Shown here: positions 17,496 to 24,912 of the stretch, piece after piece
How positions within the stretch are numbered: the first letter of the stretch is position 1
Layout: the number at the start of each line of letters is the position of its first letter
Virus record (IMG/VR): IMGVR_UViG_3300044878_000164
Coordinates: 1 to 44,678 of that record
DNA from: a virus
Lineage: Duplodnaviria > Caudoviricetes
Length of the DNA stretch: 44,678 bases
Strand: one strand, 5' to 3'
Notes under the pieces: generated by a model
Seen by the model: the letters and a program-made list of their open reading frames with translations, nothing else
The model's database searches: none
What the model was told of the DNA's origin: nothing
Made by a program: the position numbers and the translations under genes

Positions 17496-17995
17496 GCGGG
17501 GCTATGGGATCTCACCAGTCCGCGGCCATGAAGTCGGACGTATGGCTCACACCGCCGCACATCGTGGAAGCGTTAGGCCCGTTCGACCTCGACCCGTGCT
17601 CCCCCATCGGACGGCCGTGGGACACCGCGGCCAAGCACTACACGGCGGAGGATGACGGTCTGTCCTTCGAGTGGGAGGGACGCGTGTGGATGAACCCGCC
17701 GTACGGCGCGCAGGCCGCAACCTGGCTGGAACGGCTGGCCAAGCACAACGACGGCATCGCGCTCGTGTTCGCCCGGACCGAGACGCGCATGTTCTTTGAC
17801 TGGGTATGGCCATACGCCTCTGCCCTGCTGTTCATCGAAGGACGGCTGCACTTCCATCGTCCGGACGGCACCCGTGCGAAGGCCAACAGTGGCGCCCCGT
17901 CCGTCCTCATCGCCTACGGGGACGCCGCCGCCCGCCGACTCATCAACTCCGCCATTGCCGGCGCCCGCATCGACCTGCGGAGGATGGCCGCATGA
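17492..17995 (+). CDS. Phage DNA N6-adenine methyltransferase (Dam-like)
   Basis: DVWLTPP, FDLDPC, DGL..W, VWMNPPY, ARTET, GRLHF. Confidence 0.88.
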   Translation: MSGAMGSHQSAAMKSDVWLTPPHIVEALGPFDLDPCSPIGRPWDTAAKHYTAEDDGLSFEWEGRVWMNPPYGAQAATWLERLAKHNDGIALVFARTETRMFFDWVWPYASALLFIEGRLHFHRPDGTRAKANSGAPSVLIAYGDAAARRLINSAIAGARIDLRRMAA

Positions 17996-18120
17996 CCACC
18001 CATTGCCGGTGCTGGACCGAACCCGCCCGAGTCCACGCCGGGCTCTGCTGCATGGCCACCGCAGGGCAGACCTGCCACGAAACGACCGGGCAAACCGCCC
18101 ACCAGGAAGGAACACGATGA
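17992..18120 (+). CDS. Cys-rich microprotein
   Basis: HCRCW...HAGLCC...TCH; coupled at both ends. Confidence 0.5.
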   Translation: MTTHCRCWTEPARVHAGLCCMATAGQTCHETTGQTAHQEGTR

Positions 18121-18317
18121 GCGACACTGACCAGCTCGCCGCCATCGAAGCCCGGGCCCAGGCGTACGCCGACCACGGCACTCCCGGGCTGGCCGCACCC
18201 GCTGACCGTGCCTACCTCCTCGCCATGGTGCGGGAACAGCGGGCCAAGTTGGACCTGCTCACGATGGCGAAGGAAGAAGCCGACGAGCGCTGCTGCTGCG
18301 GAGTGTGCGGGATATGA
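18117..18317 (+). CDS. Hypothetical protein
   Basis: AGGAAGG RBS; LAAIEARA...APADRAYLLAMV. Confidence 0.6.
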   Translation: MSDTDQLAAIEARAQAYADHGTPGLAAPADRAYLLAMVREQRAKLDLLTMAKEEADERCCCGVCGI

Positions 18318-18436
18318 GCCAGCGGCTGCCGGACTACGAAGCCCTCCGCGCCGCTCAGGCCCGGGCGCAGGAAGCCGACCGGATCGGCCCCGACCAGGAA
18401 CGCTGCGACGCCTACGAGAGAGAAGACCACGGATGA
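18314..18436 (+). CDS. 40-aa hypothetical protein
   Basis: Coupled at both ends (ATGA). Confidence 0.45.
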   Translation: MSQRLPDYEALRAAQARAQEADRIGPDQERCDAYEREDHG

Positions 18437-18825
18437 GCGAACACCTTTGGGAAGTCGAGCACGACTACTACGGGCCCGAGGGGAGCTACTGGGCGAACCA
18501 AGCCCAGCAGGGACCGTACATCAACCGCTTCGAATCATGGGCCGACTTCGCAGAAGAGGGGATGCACTCCGCGCCGCCCGGTCTGAACTTCCTCTACCGC
18601 TGGGACTGGCATGCCTGGCACCTTGAATACCCCAAGGACTACCCGGACGGGAAACTCGGCCATGAGCTGGAACTGTTCTGGATGATGCCACGCAAGGGGA
18701 TCATGGCCCGGTCCTCCATCAGCGTCACAGAGGCTGACGAGCCCGCAGTCTGGGTGTGGCTCACAAAGCACGCCGACTACATGCGCGGCATGTGGGCGCC
18801 GTTCAACATGGGTCCCCATGCCTGA
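18433..18825 (+). CDS. Hypothetical Trp-rich phage protein
   Basis: HLWEVEHDYY...NFLYRWDW...RKG...WAP. Confidence 0.7.
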   Translation: MSEHLWEVEHDYYGPEGSYWANQAQQGPYINRFESWADFAEEGMHSAPPGLNFLYRWDWHAWHLEYPKDYPDGKLGHELELFWMMPRKGIMARSSISVTEADEPAVWVWLTKHADYMRGMWAPFNMGPHA

Positions 18826-18970
18826 GTGTGAGGCGGAGCGCCGGATCAAGCAGGCCCTGTACGTGATGGAGAACGACTGGGCCGCTGGCACGTTCGACTA
18901 CGGCAAGATCAAGGGCCTCCTCACCGGGAAGCCGTCCGAACAGTGCGCCCACGCGGACTTGGCCGCCTGA
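18818..18970 (+). CDS. 50-aa hypothetical protein
   Basis: Overlapping start; phage-like codon usage. Confidence 0.5.
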   Translation: MPECEAERRIKQALYVMENDWAAGTFDYGKIKGLLTGKPSEQCAHADLAA

Positions 18971-19019
18971 GCAGGTGAAACCCGGTGAAACTGGCCGCAT
19001 GACACCCGCCGGAGTGTTC

Positions 19020-19053
19020 GGGAAACCAAGGGAATCCACGGTAAACTTAGGAC
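19020..19053 (+). promoter_or_regulatory. Leaderless promoter with 10-bp repeats
   Basis: GGGAAACCAA GGGAATCCAC GGTAAACTTA; TAAACT at 19042 is 6 nt before ATG 19054. Confidence 0.65.
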
Positions 19054-19818
19054 ATGACATGTGGGGGATGCACTGGGGAAGCTAACGTCAAACTCTGCCC
19101 GTCCTGCCGGGACGTCCTGATCCAGGACCTCGCCGAGACAGACAGCATCATCGGGGACCTGCGCACCACCATGGCCCGGCAAGACAAAGGCGCAGACAGC
19201 ATCGGCGGCGGGGGCCCTTCCGGCTCCCGCCCACCGATCAACCTCGACGCCCTCGACCGGTACGAGCAGCTCCGCGAAGTCCTCACCGGCTGGGCCACCC
19301 AACTCGAAGGCCGGGCGTACCTCGTCCTCGTCCGCACCGAAGACGTCGCCTCCTACCTGCTGGCCAACATCGAGAAGGTCCGCACCGCCGAATGGGCGTA
19401 CGACCTCCTCGACGAGCTGCGGGACGCGATGAACGCCGCACGCATGGCCACGGACCGGGCCGCCGACCGGATCAGCCTGGGCATGTGCGGGGAAGCAGTC
19501 GAGGGGATCGTCTGCACCGACACCGTCACAGCGATCACCGGCGCCGCCTACGGCCGCTGCCGAACCTGCGGGACCAGCATCAACGTCAAGGCCTACCAGC
19601 TCACCCGCATCAGCGCCGCATGGCACGTCCGCGGGAACCTCCCCGAAATCCTCCGGGCACTCAAAGCCCACGGATCGGTCAACATCCCCCTGGAGCGGGC
19701 AAAGAAGTGGGTGCAGCGCGGGAAGCTCATCCCCGGTGTGGACGGGAAGTTCTCCCCCGCCGAGATCCTCGACCACCACCGGGCGACGAAGCAGGGCCAG
19801 GCGGAACTGGCAGCGTGA
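19054..19818 (+). CDS. Zinc-finger/HTH protein, putative late-gene regulator
   Basis: CGGC..LCPSC, LGMC...C...CRTCG, C-terminal AKKWVQRGKL wHTH; last gene before the late promoter. Confidence 0.65.
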   Translation: MTCGGCTGEANVKLCPSCRDVLIQDLAETDSIIGDLRTTMARQDKGADSIGGGGPSGSRPPINLDALDRYEQLREVLTGWATQLEGRAYLVLVRTEDVASYLLANIEKVRTAEWAYDLLDELRDAMNAARMATDRAADRISLGMCGEAVEGIVCTDTVTAITGAAYGRCRTCGTSINVKAYQLTRISAAWHVRGNLPEILRALKAHGSVNIPLERAKKWVQRGKLIPGVDGKFSPAEILDHHRATKQGQAELAA

Positions 19819-19846
19819 CACGTTACCGAGGATTGGGGAGAAATGG

Positions 19847-19875
19847 TTGACTTTCCCTAATCTTGTCCCTAAGAT
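19847..19875 (+). promoter_or_regulatory. Near-consensus sigmaA promoter (putative late promoter)
   Basis: TTGACT-17 nt-TAAGAT. Confidence 0.8.
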
Positions 19876-19924
19876 GTTCTTAGAGTGCGAGAAGTGGCTG
19901 AGACCCCACCCGCGCACACGAACT

Positions 19925-19969
19925 TGAAGCCCCGCCAGTGTCCCCCCAGGCCGGCGGGGCTTCACTTTT
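19925..19969 (+). terminator. Intrinsic terminator or attenuator just downstream of the late promoter
   Basis: 12-bp perfect stem TGAAGCCCCGCC/GGCGGGGCTTCA followed by CTTTT. Confidence 0.7.
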
Positions 19970-19972
19970 CCA

Positions 19973-20257
19973 ACCATGAGGGCGCCGCTACCGCCCGGAT
20001 GGTCATAGATAGGAACCGACCCCCAGGAGGTCACTATCTGCCGCGCTGGCTTACGCGCACGCCGCTCGCTGGGAAGCGCCGGCACCGACTCCCGCGTGAC
20101 GGCGGGCCAAGACCGTCACTCCGTCGGGCCCGGGAGGACTGCAGAACCTCCCGGGTCTGGCAACAAGGACGTACCCTGCTGAGCGGAACACGCAGGCAGG
20201 GGAACAGCGGCCGTAGAACTCATGCCGGTAAACAGCGAGGCCGGACGCAACCGCTCA
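19973..20257 (+). ncRNA. Putative structured non-coding RNA (hairpin series plus possible pseudoknot)
   Basis: Back-to-back stems at 19973-20003, 20007-20039, 20061-20083, 20085-20127, 20128-20156, 20174-20201 and 20208-20243; loop TGAGCGG (20180-86) is complementary to CCGCTCA (20251-57); no credible ORF. Confidence 0.5.
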
Positions 20258-20333
20258 GGGCGAGTGAGACAAATGGGTAAGTCAACGTGTCCAGAGCGTC
20301 ACGGGATTGCGGGTTCGACTCCCGCCTCGCCCA
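20258..20333 (+). tRNA. tRNA-like element with non-canonical anticodon arm (possibly Trp-CCA-derived)
   Basis: Acceptor GGGCGAG/CTCGCCC-A; D arm GAC-AAATGGGTAA-GTC; T arm GCGGG-TTCGACT-CCCGC; anticodon arm CGTG-TCCAGAGCGT-CACG (10-nt loop). Confidence 0.6.
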
Positions 20334-20386
20334 CGGCGGCCCCATGCCGCTCCCATGAGTAAGACCGCCGGACTATTCACCCGGCA

Positions 20387-20439
20387 GGACTGTATGGCCT
20401 GGAGGTTTCCCCTCCGCCGGTTCGATCCCGGCCAGTCCA
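20387..20439 (+). ncRNA. Minimal tRNA-like element lacking a D arm
   Basis: GGACTG/CAGTCC-A acceptor-like stem, hairpin GGAGG-TTTCC-CCTCC, canonical T arm GCCGG-TTCGATC-CCGGC. Confidence 0.5.
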
Positions 20440-20549
20440 CTGACGGGGAAAGCGTATCGACCAACCATCGAGGCAACGCGATCCAGCGAGTACCCGTCCA
20501 CCCATCGACCCATTGACCCAATGCACGTTGAGAGGCTGACGGGGACCCC

Positions 20550-21149
20550 ATGCAATGCAAGGCGACGAAGCGGTCTGGTGATCGGTGTGGGAATCCGCCG
20601 ATCAAGGGTGCGACCGTGTGCCGGATGCATGGTGGGAAGGCGCCGCAGGTTGTGGCGGCGACTGCCCGGCGTAGGGCTGAGGCCGCGGCTCGGGAGCAGA
20701 TGGAACGCGCCGTGGTCACGTTGGGTCTGCCGATCGATGTGGATCCGGGTAAGGCGCTGCTAGACGAGATCCACTGGACGGCCGGCCATGTCGCGTGGCT
20801 CCGCTCCAAGGTGCAGGAGCTCGAAGGCGACGAACTCGTCTGGGGCAAGGTCCTCCACCGTGAAGGCGTTGGCCCGGAAGGGCCCGTGGATGTAAGTGAC
20901 CACAAGTCGGCCCCGAACACCTGGTACCAGCTCTACATGGCCGAGCGGGAACACCTCGCGAAGGTCTGCTCGCTCGCCTTGAAGGCGGGCATCGAGGAGC
21001 GGAAGGTCAAGCTGGCCGAGTCCCAGGGCCTGCTCGTCGCCGATGTGATCCGCCGAATCCTCGGCGCGCTCGGGCTTACCCCTGCCCAGCAGTTGCTCGT
21101 GCCTGAGATCGTGCCCCGTGAGCTGCGCGCCCTCGCCGCCGGAGACTGA
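20550..21149 (+). CDS. terS: Terminase small subunit (HGGxSTG-type N-terminus)
   Basis: CKATKRSGDRC...VCRMHGGKAP; upstream of TerL. Confidence 0.75.
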   Translation: MQCKATKRSGDRCGNPPIKGATVCRMHGGKAPQVVAATARRRAEAAAREQMERAVVTLGLPIDVDPGKALLDEIHWTAGHVAWLRSKVQELEGDELVWGKVLHREGVGPEGPVDVSDHKSAPNTWYQLYMAEREHLAKVCSLALKAGIEERKVKLAESQGLLVADVIRRILGALGLTPAQQLLVPEIVPRELRALAAGD

Positions 21150-21174
21150 CCGTCCAATCTGAGGGGCTGAGCGC

Positions 21175-21648
21175 ATGATCGAAGTGTCGCTGGTCGTGTT
21201 CTTCGTTCTCTTGCTGGCCGTATTCTCCCTGGGCCTCGTGCCGGCGAAATTCCCGGCGCTGCTCTCGCGGCCGTCCAAGGTTCGCCATCAGATCGCGGCG
21301 CAGGACTACCGGGAGGAACTGCGGCTGCGGAAGAAAGCCGAACACGACGAATGGTACGCCCAGTGGACGGCGCTGATCCCGCGCAAGCCGGAGCCGCCCG
21401 CCTTGATCTGGTACGACGACTGCAGTTGCGAGTCGGTGTACGACATCAATCTGTGCGACCGCTGGGGCACTCACACCATTACGCGCATCGCCCCGGACTG
21501 CAAGAATCACGGCCACGCCAGCTGGTACGCGGAGAAGCTGGTCGAGCATAAGGCCGAGCTGCGGTCATGGGTTCAGATGAACGTGCCCAGTCTGGCGCAG
21601 AACCCGTACCAGTATCCGCGGCGCCCCGCCGTCAAGGTACACGCTTAG
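21175..21648 (+). CDS. Membrane-anchored hypothetical protein between terS and terL
   Basis: N-terminal transmembrane helix; CSC...C..HGH. Confidence 0.6.
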   Translation: MIEVSLVVFFVLLLAVFSLGLVPAKFPALLSRPSKVRHQIAAQDYREELRLRKKAEHDEWYAQWTALIPRKPEPPALIWYDDCSCESVYDINLCDRWGTHTITRIAPDCKNHGHASWYAEKLVEHKAELRSWVQMNVPSLAQNPYQYPRRPAVKVHA

Positions 21649-21657
21649 GAGGACGCC

Positions 21658-23208
21658 GTGAGCGTGGACATGTGGGAAGCCGCTGCCCGCATGTTCGAGC
21701 CGCCCCCGCCCGAACCTGACCGGCCCCAGTGGGACTCCCCTGGCGACCTCGCCAAAGCCGTTGACCCCTCCACTATCCAGACCCCCGCGCTTGACCTCAT
21801 CGACCAGGCGTTGATGGACGTCGAGAACGGCCTCTGCGACCGGCTCATCATCTCCATGCCACCGCAGGAGGGGAAGAGCACCCGTGTGACGAAGGTCGGG
21901 CCGCTGTGGTTCCTGACCCGCAACCCGGAACGCCGCATCGCCGTCGTATCGTACTCCGCCGGGCTCGCGCTCACCTTCGGGCGGGACATCCGGAAGTTCA
22001 TTACGGACAACCAAGGCCAGGAAGGCACCCTCGACCTTGGCCTGCGGATCAGCCCCGACAACGGGGCGGCGTCCGAATGGACCCTGGACAAGCACAAGGG
22101 CGGGGTGAAGGCTGTTGGCCTCACCGGCGGCCTGACCGGTAAGCCCGCCGACATCCTGTTCATCGACGACCCCGTGTCGAACCGTGAACAGGCCGAATCC
22201 CCAACCTTCCGGGAACGGGCCAAGAACTTCTGGCGCTCCGTCGGCTCCACCCGCCTCGCACCCGGCGCGCCCGTGATCCTGATCCTCACCCGCTGGCACG
22301 TCGACGACATGGCCGGCTTCCTGCTCTCCCAGCCCGACAAGGCCCGGTGGCGGGTCATCAACATCCCCGCCCAAGCGAACCACGACCCCGACGAGGGCGA
22401 GACGGACCCGCTGGGCCGCGAACCCGGCGAGTGGATGGTCTCCGCCCGGACCAACGAGAAGACCGGCCAGTCCCGCACCCCTGCCGAGTGGGAGCAGATC
22501 CGGATCCAAGCCGGACCCCGCGACTTCTCCGCCCTCTACCAAGGCTCACCGAACCCGGAGACGGGCAACGTGTTCCCGAAGGAATGGGTGCGCTACGACC
22601 AGCCGCTGTGGATCGAACAGCCCGACGGCTCACGCCGCGTCCCGGGCATCGGCCGCGACGACCACGAGCTGATCCAGTCGTGGGACCTCACGTTCAAGGA
22701 CAAGCCCACATCGGACTTTGTCGTCGGGCAGGTCTGGCTCCGGGTAGGCGTGCAGGCCTACCTGCTCGACATGGTCCGGGCCCGGCTGAACTTCAACGCC
22801 TCCGAAGAGGCCGTGCTGGCGATGTCCGCGAAGTGGCCGCAGGCGGTGGCGAAGTTCATCGAGGACAAAGCCAACGGGCCGGCCGTGATCAACTCCCTCC
22901 AGAAACGCCTGGTGGGTCTGATCCCGATCGAACCCGAAGGTTCCAAGTTCGCCCGCGCCTCCGCCGTGTCGCCGCTGGCACACGCCGGCAACATCATCTT
23001 GCCGACGGCCGAGCTGCTCCCGAACGTGGAGGAGCTAATCGAGGAAGCGAAAGCTTTCCCGAACGGCGCGCACGACGACACCATCGACGCCATGTCGCAG
23101 GGCACCAACCGGCTCCTGCTCATGCCGCTCACCGCGGCGGATGACCTCGTCGAACCGGACGAATACGAGGAAGCGGACCTTCGCGGGTACGCCATCACCC
23201 CTTACTGA
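21658..23208 (+). CDS. terL: Terminase large subunit
   Basis: Walker A MPPQEGKS, Walker B LFIDDP, TRWH, nuclease SWDLT, IEDKANG, FPNGAHDDTIDA. Confidence 0.95.
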   Translation: MSVDMWEAAARMFEPPPPEPDRPQWDSPGDLAKAVDPSTIQTPALDLIDQALMDVENGLCDRLIISMPPQEGKSTRVTKVGPLWFLTRNPERRIAVVSYSAGLALTFGRDIRKFITDNQGQEGTLDLGLRISPDNGAASEWTLDKHKGGVKAVGLTGGLTGKPADILFIDDPVSNREQAESPTFRERAKNFWRSVGSTRLAPGAPVILILTRWHVDDMAGFLLSQPDKARWRVINIPAQANHDPDEGETDPLGREPGEWMVSARTNEKTGQSRTPAEWEQIRIQAGPRDFSALYQGSPNPETGNVFPKEWVRYDQPLWIEQPDGSRRVPGIGRDDHELIQSWDLTFKDKPTSDFVVGQVWLRVGVQAYLLDMVRARLNFNASEEAVLAMSAKWPQAVAKFIEDKANGPAVINSLQKRLVGLIPIEPEGSKFARASAVSPLAHAGNIILPTAELLPNVEELIEEAKAFPNGAHDDTIDAMSQGTNRLLLMPLTAADDLVEPDEYEEADLRGYAITPY

Positions 23209-23233
23209 CACCCCCAACAGATCGGAGGGCCCT

Positions 23234-24763
23234 GTGCCTGGCATCATGGAAGCCCTCGGCCTGCGCAGCAAGACCACGGAACCGACAGTCGCCGCGTGGC
23301 GGCTGGAGGACGCCGCGTACCGGCTGGAGACGGCGAACGAGAACCTAGCCCGCCTGCAGCTCATGTACGAGGACGCCGGCTGGGAATCGCTGACCGCGAC
23401 GGGCCGCACCGAGTTCACCCGTGACGGGTTGGCCCGGAACGCGGAACTGTGCCGGGTGATGTTCATCGCCAACCCGCTCATGAAACGCGGCCTCGGCATC
23501 CGGGCCTCCTACGTCTTCGGGCAGGGTGTGGAGATCAACGCCCGCGACGAGGACGTCGACGCCGTGGTGCAGGAGTTCCTGGACGACGAGGGCAACCGTG
23601 ACGCCGTCACCGGCGCGCAGGCCCGGGTCGTGCTGGAGAACGAACTCGGCACCGACGGGAACGTCTTCCTCGCCCACTTCACCAACCCCCTCACCGGCAG
23701 GGTGAAGGTCCGACCGCTGCCGTTCGATGAGATCGTGGAGATCATCACCGAACCCGGGGACAAAACCACGCCGTGGTTCTACCGGCGCCGCTGGGTTGAG
23801 ACGACCCTGACGTCGACGTTCGGGTCCATCTCGGTGGAGAAGGAAGCCCTGTACCCGGCGCTGAAGTACCAGCCGCTGACGAAGTTCAAGACCTTCGCCC
23901 AGGTCCCGGTGATCTGGGACGCCCCCGTCCTGCACGTGAAGGTCAACCCGGTCGGGGTTTGGGGTGTGGGCGACGGGTTCGCGGCCCTGCCGTGGTGCCG
24001 GTCCTACAAGGAGTTCCTTGAGGACTGGGCCACCCTGTGCCGGGCATTGTCCCGGATCGCGTTCCGCGCCTCCTCCTCGAAGGCCAAGGCGTCCCAGACG
24101 CAGCGGGCCGGGCTCGAAGCGCTCAACAAGCTCGGCGCCGGTTCGTCCGTGTCCCTTGGTGAGGGCCAGTCGTTGGAGGCGGTGCCGAAGACCGGCGCGA
24201 CTCTCGACTCCGAATCAGGCCGGCCGCTCGCAGCGATGGCAGCCGCCGCCCTCGGCGTCACCGTCACCATCCTCCTCGCCGACCCCGGCATCACCGGCGC
24301 CCGCGCCACCGCCGAAACTTTGGACCTCCCGCAGCGCCTCGAAATGCAGGGCCGGCAGGAAGTCTGGGCGCAGGCCTACCGGGCGTCCCTCGGGTACGTC
24401 ATCGAGCAGGCCGTCATCGCCCCCCGCGGCGCCCTGAAAGGCACTGTGGTCCGTGACGGGGACCGGCTCCTCGTGGACCTGGGCGACAAGGACGCGACCG
24501 TCGAGGTCGTCTGGCCGGACCTCGCAGAGATCCCCCTCGACATCCTGATGGCCGCACTGGAGAAGGCCGACGGCATGTCCGTCCTGCCGCCGCTGGAAAT
24601 CCTCAAGCTCGTGCTGCGGGCGTTGAAGATCCGCGACATCGACGACATCCTCGACGACGTCACAGACGACCAGGGGAACTACATCGCGCCGGCCGTCACC
24701 GCCGGGGACGCGGCGGCCAAGGCGTTCCGCGACGGCAAAGACCCGGCGGCGGCGCTCAAGTGA
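23234..24763 (+). CDS. Portal protein
   Basis: Follows TerL; ~510 aa; NPLMKRGL...DGNVF...ATAETLD. Confidence 0.85.
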   Translation: MPGIMEALGLRSKTTEPTVAAWRLEDAAYRLETANENLARLQLMYEDAGWESLTATGRTEFTRDGLARNAELCRVMFIANPLMKRGLGIRASYVFGQGVEINARDEDVDAVVQEFLDDEGNRDAVTGAQARVVLENELGTDGNVFLAHFTNPLTGRVKVRPLPFDEIVEIITEPGDKTTPWFYRRRWVETTLTSTFGSISVEKEALYPALKYQPLTKFKTFAQVPVIWDAPVLHVKVNPVGVWGVGDGFAALPWCRSYKEFLEDWATLCRALSRIAFRASSSKAKASQTQRAGLEALNKLGAGSSVSLGEGQSLEAVPKTGATLDSESGRPLAAMAAAALGVTVTILLADPGITGARATAETLDLPQRLEMQGRQEVWAQAYRASLGYVIEQAVIAPRGALKGTVVRDGDRLLVDLGDKDATVEVVWPDLAEIPLDILMAALEKADGMSVLPPLEILKLVLRALKIRDIDDILDDVTDDQGNYIAPAVTAGDAAAKAFRDGKDPAAALK

Positions 24764-24903
24764 GGCTGTGGCTTCACCGTCTTGTGTGCTCGGTGTTCGG
24801 GCACGACTGGAGCCATTACTTCTACCCCGATGGTGACGACTGGTTCGGCGCGCCTCACAACAGACGCGTCTGCCGCGACTGCCTCACCGACGAAGCCCAA
24901 TAG
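24760..24903 (+). CDS. 47-aa zinc-ribbon microprotein (DUF1660-like; not in ORF track)
   Basis: MRLWLHRLVCSVFGHDW...RVCRDC; GTGA overlap with the portal stop. Confidence 0.65.
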   Translation: MRLWLHRLVCSVFGHDWSHYFYPDGDDWFGAPHNRRVCRDCLTDEAQ

Positions 24904-24912
24904 GAGGCAAGG

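Noticed and set aside
5351-19818. Frequent C-terminal -AA endings as ssrA-like degrons
   Set aside because: Largely explained by RBS plus GCATGA/GCGTGA start-stop overlaps; not separable from a degron function using sequence alone.
20040-20500. Known self-cleaving ribozyme (HDV/theta, hammerhead, twister, pistol) or tmRNA
   Set aside because: Core consensus elements could not be fitted by eye (no CUGANGA...GAAA, no clean HDV P1/P3/L3, no tag ORF); left as an unassigned structured RNA.
18898-20516. ORFs 18898-20085(-), 19885-20280(+) and 20307-20516(+)
   Set aside because: Arg/Pro-rich, no RBS or phage codon bias, and they overlap real genes or RNA structures.
20501-20524. Short tandem CCCATCGA/CCCATTGA/CCCAATGC repeat before terS
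   Set aside because: Only three degenerate 8-mers; could be pac-related but is unsupported.
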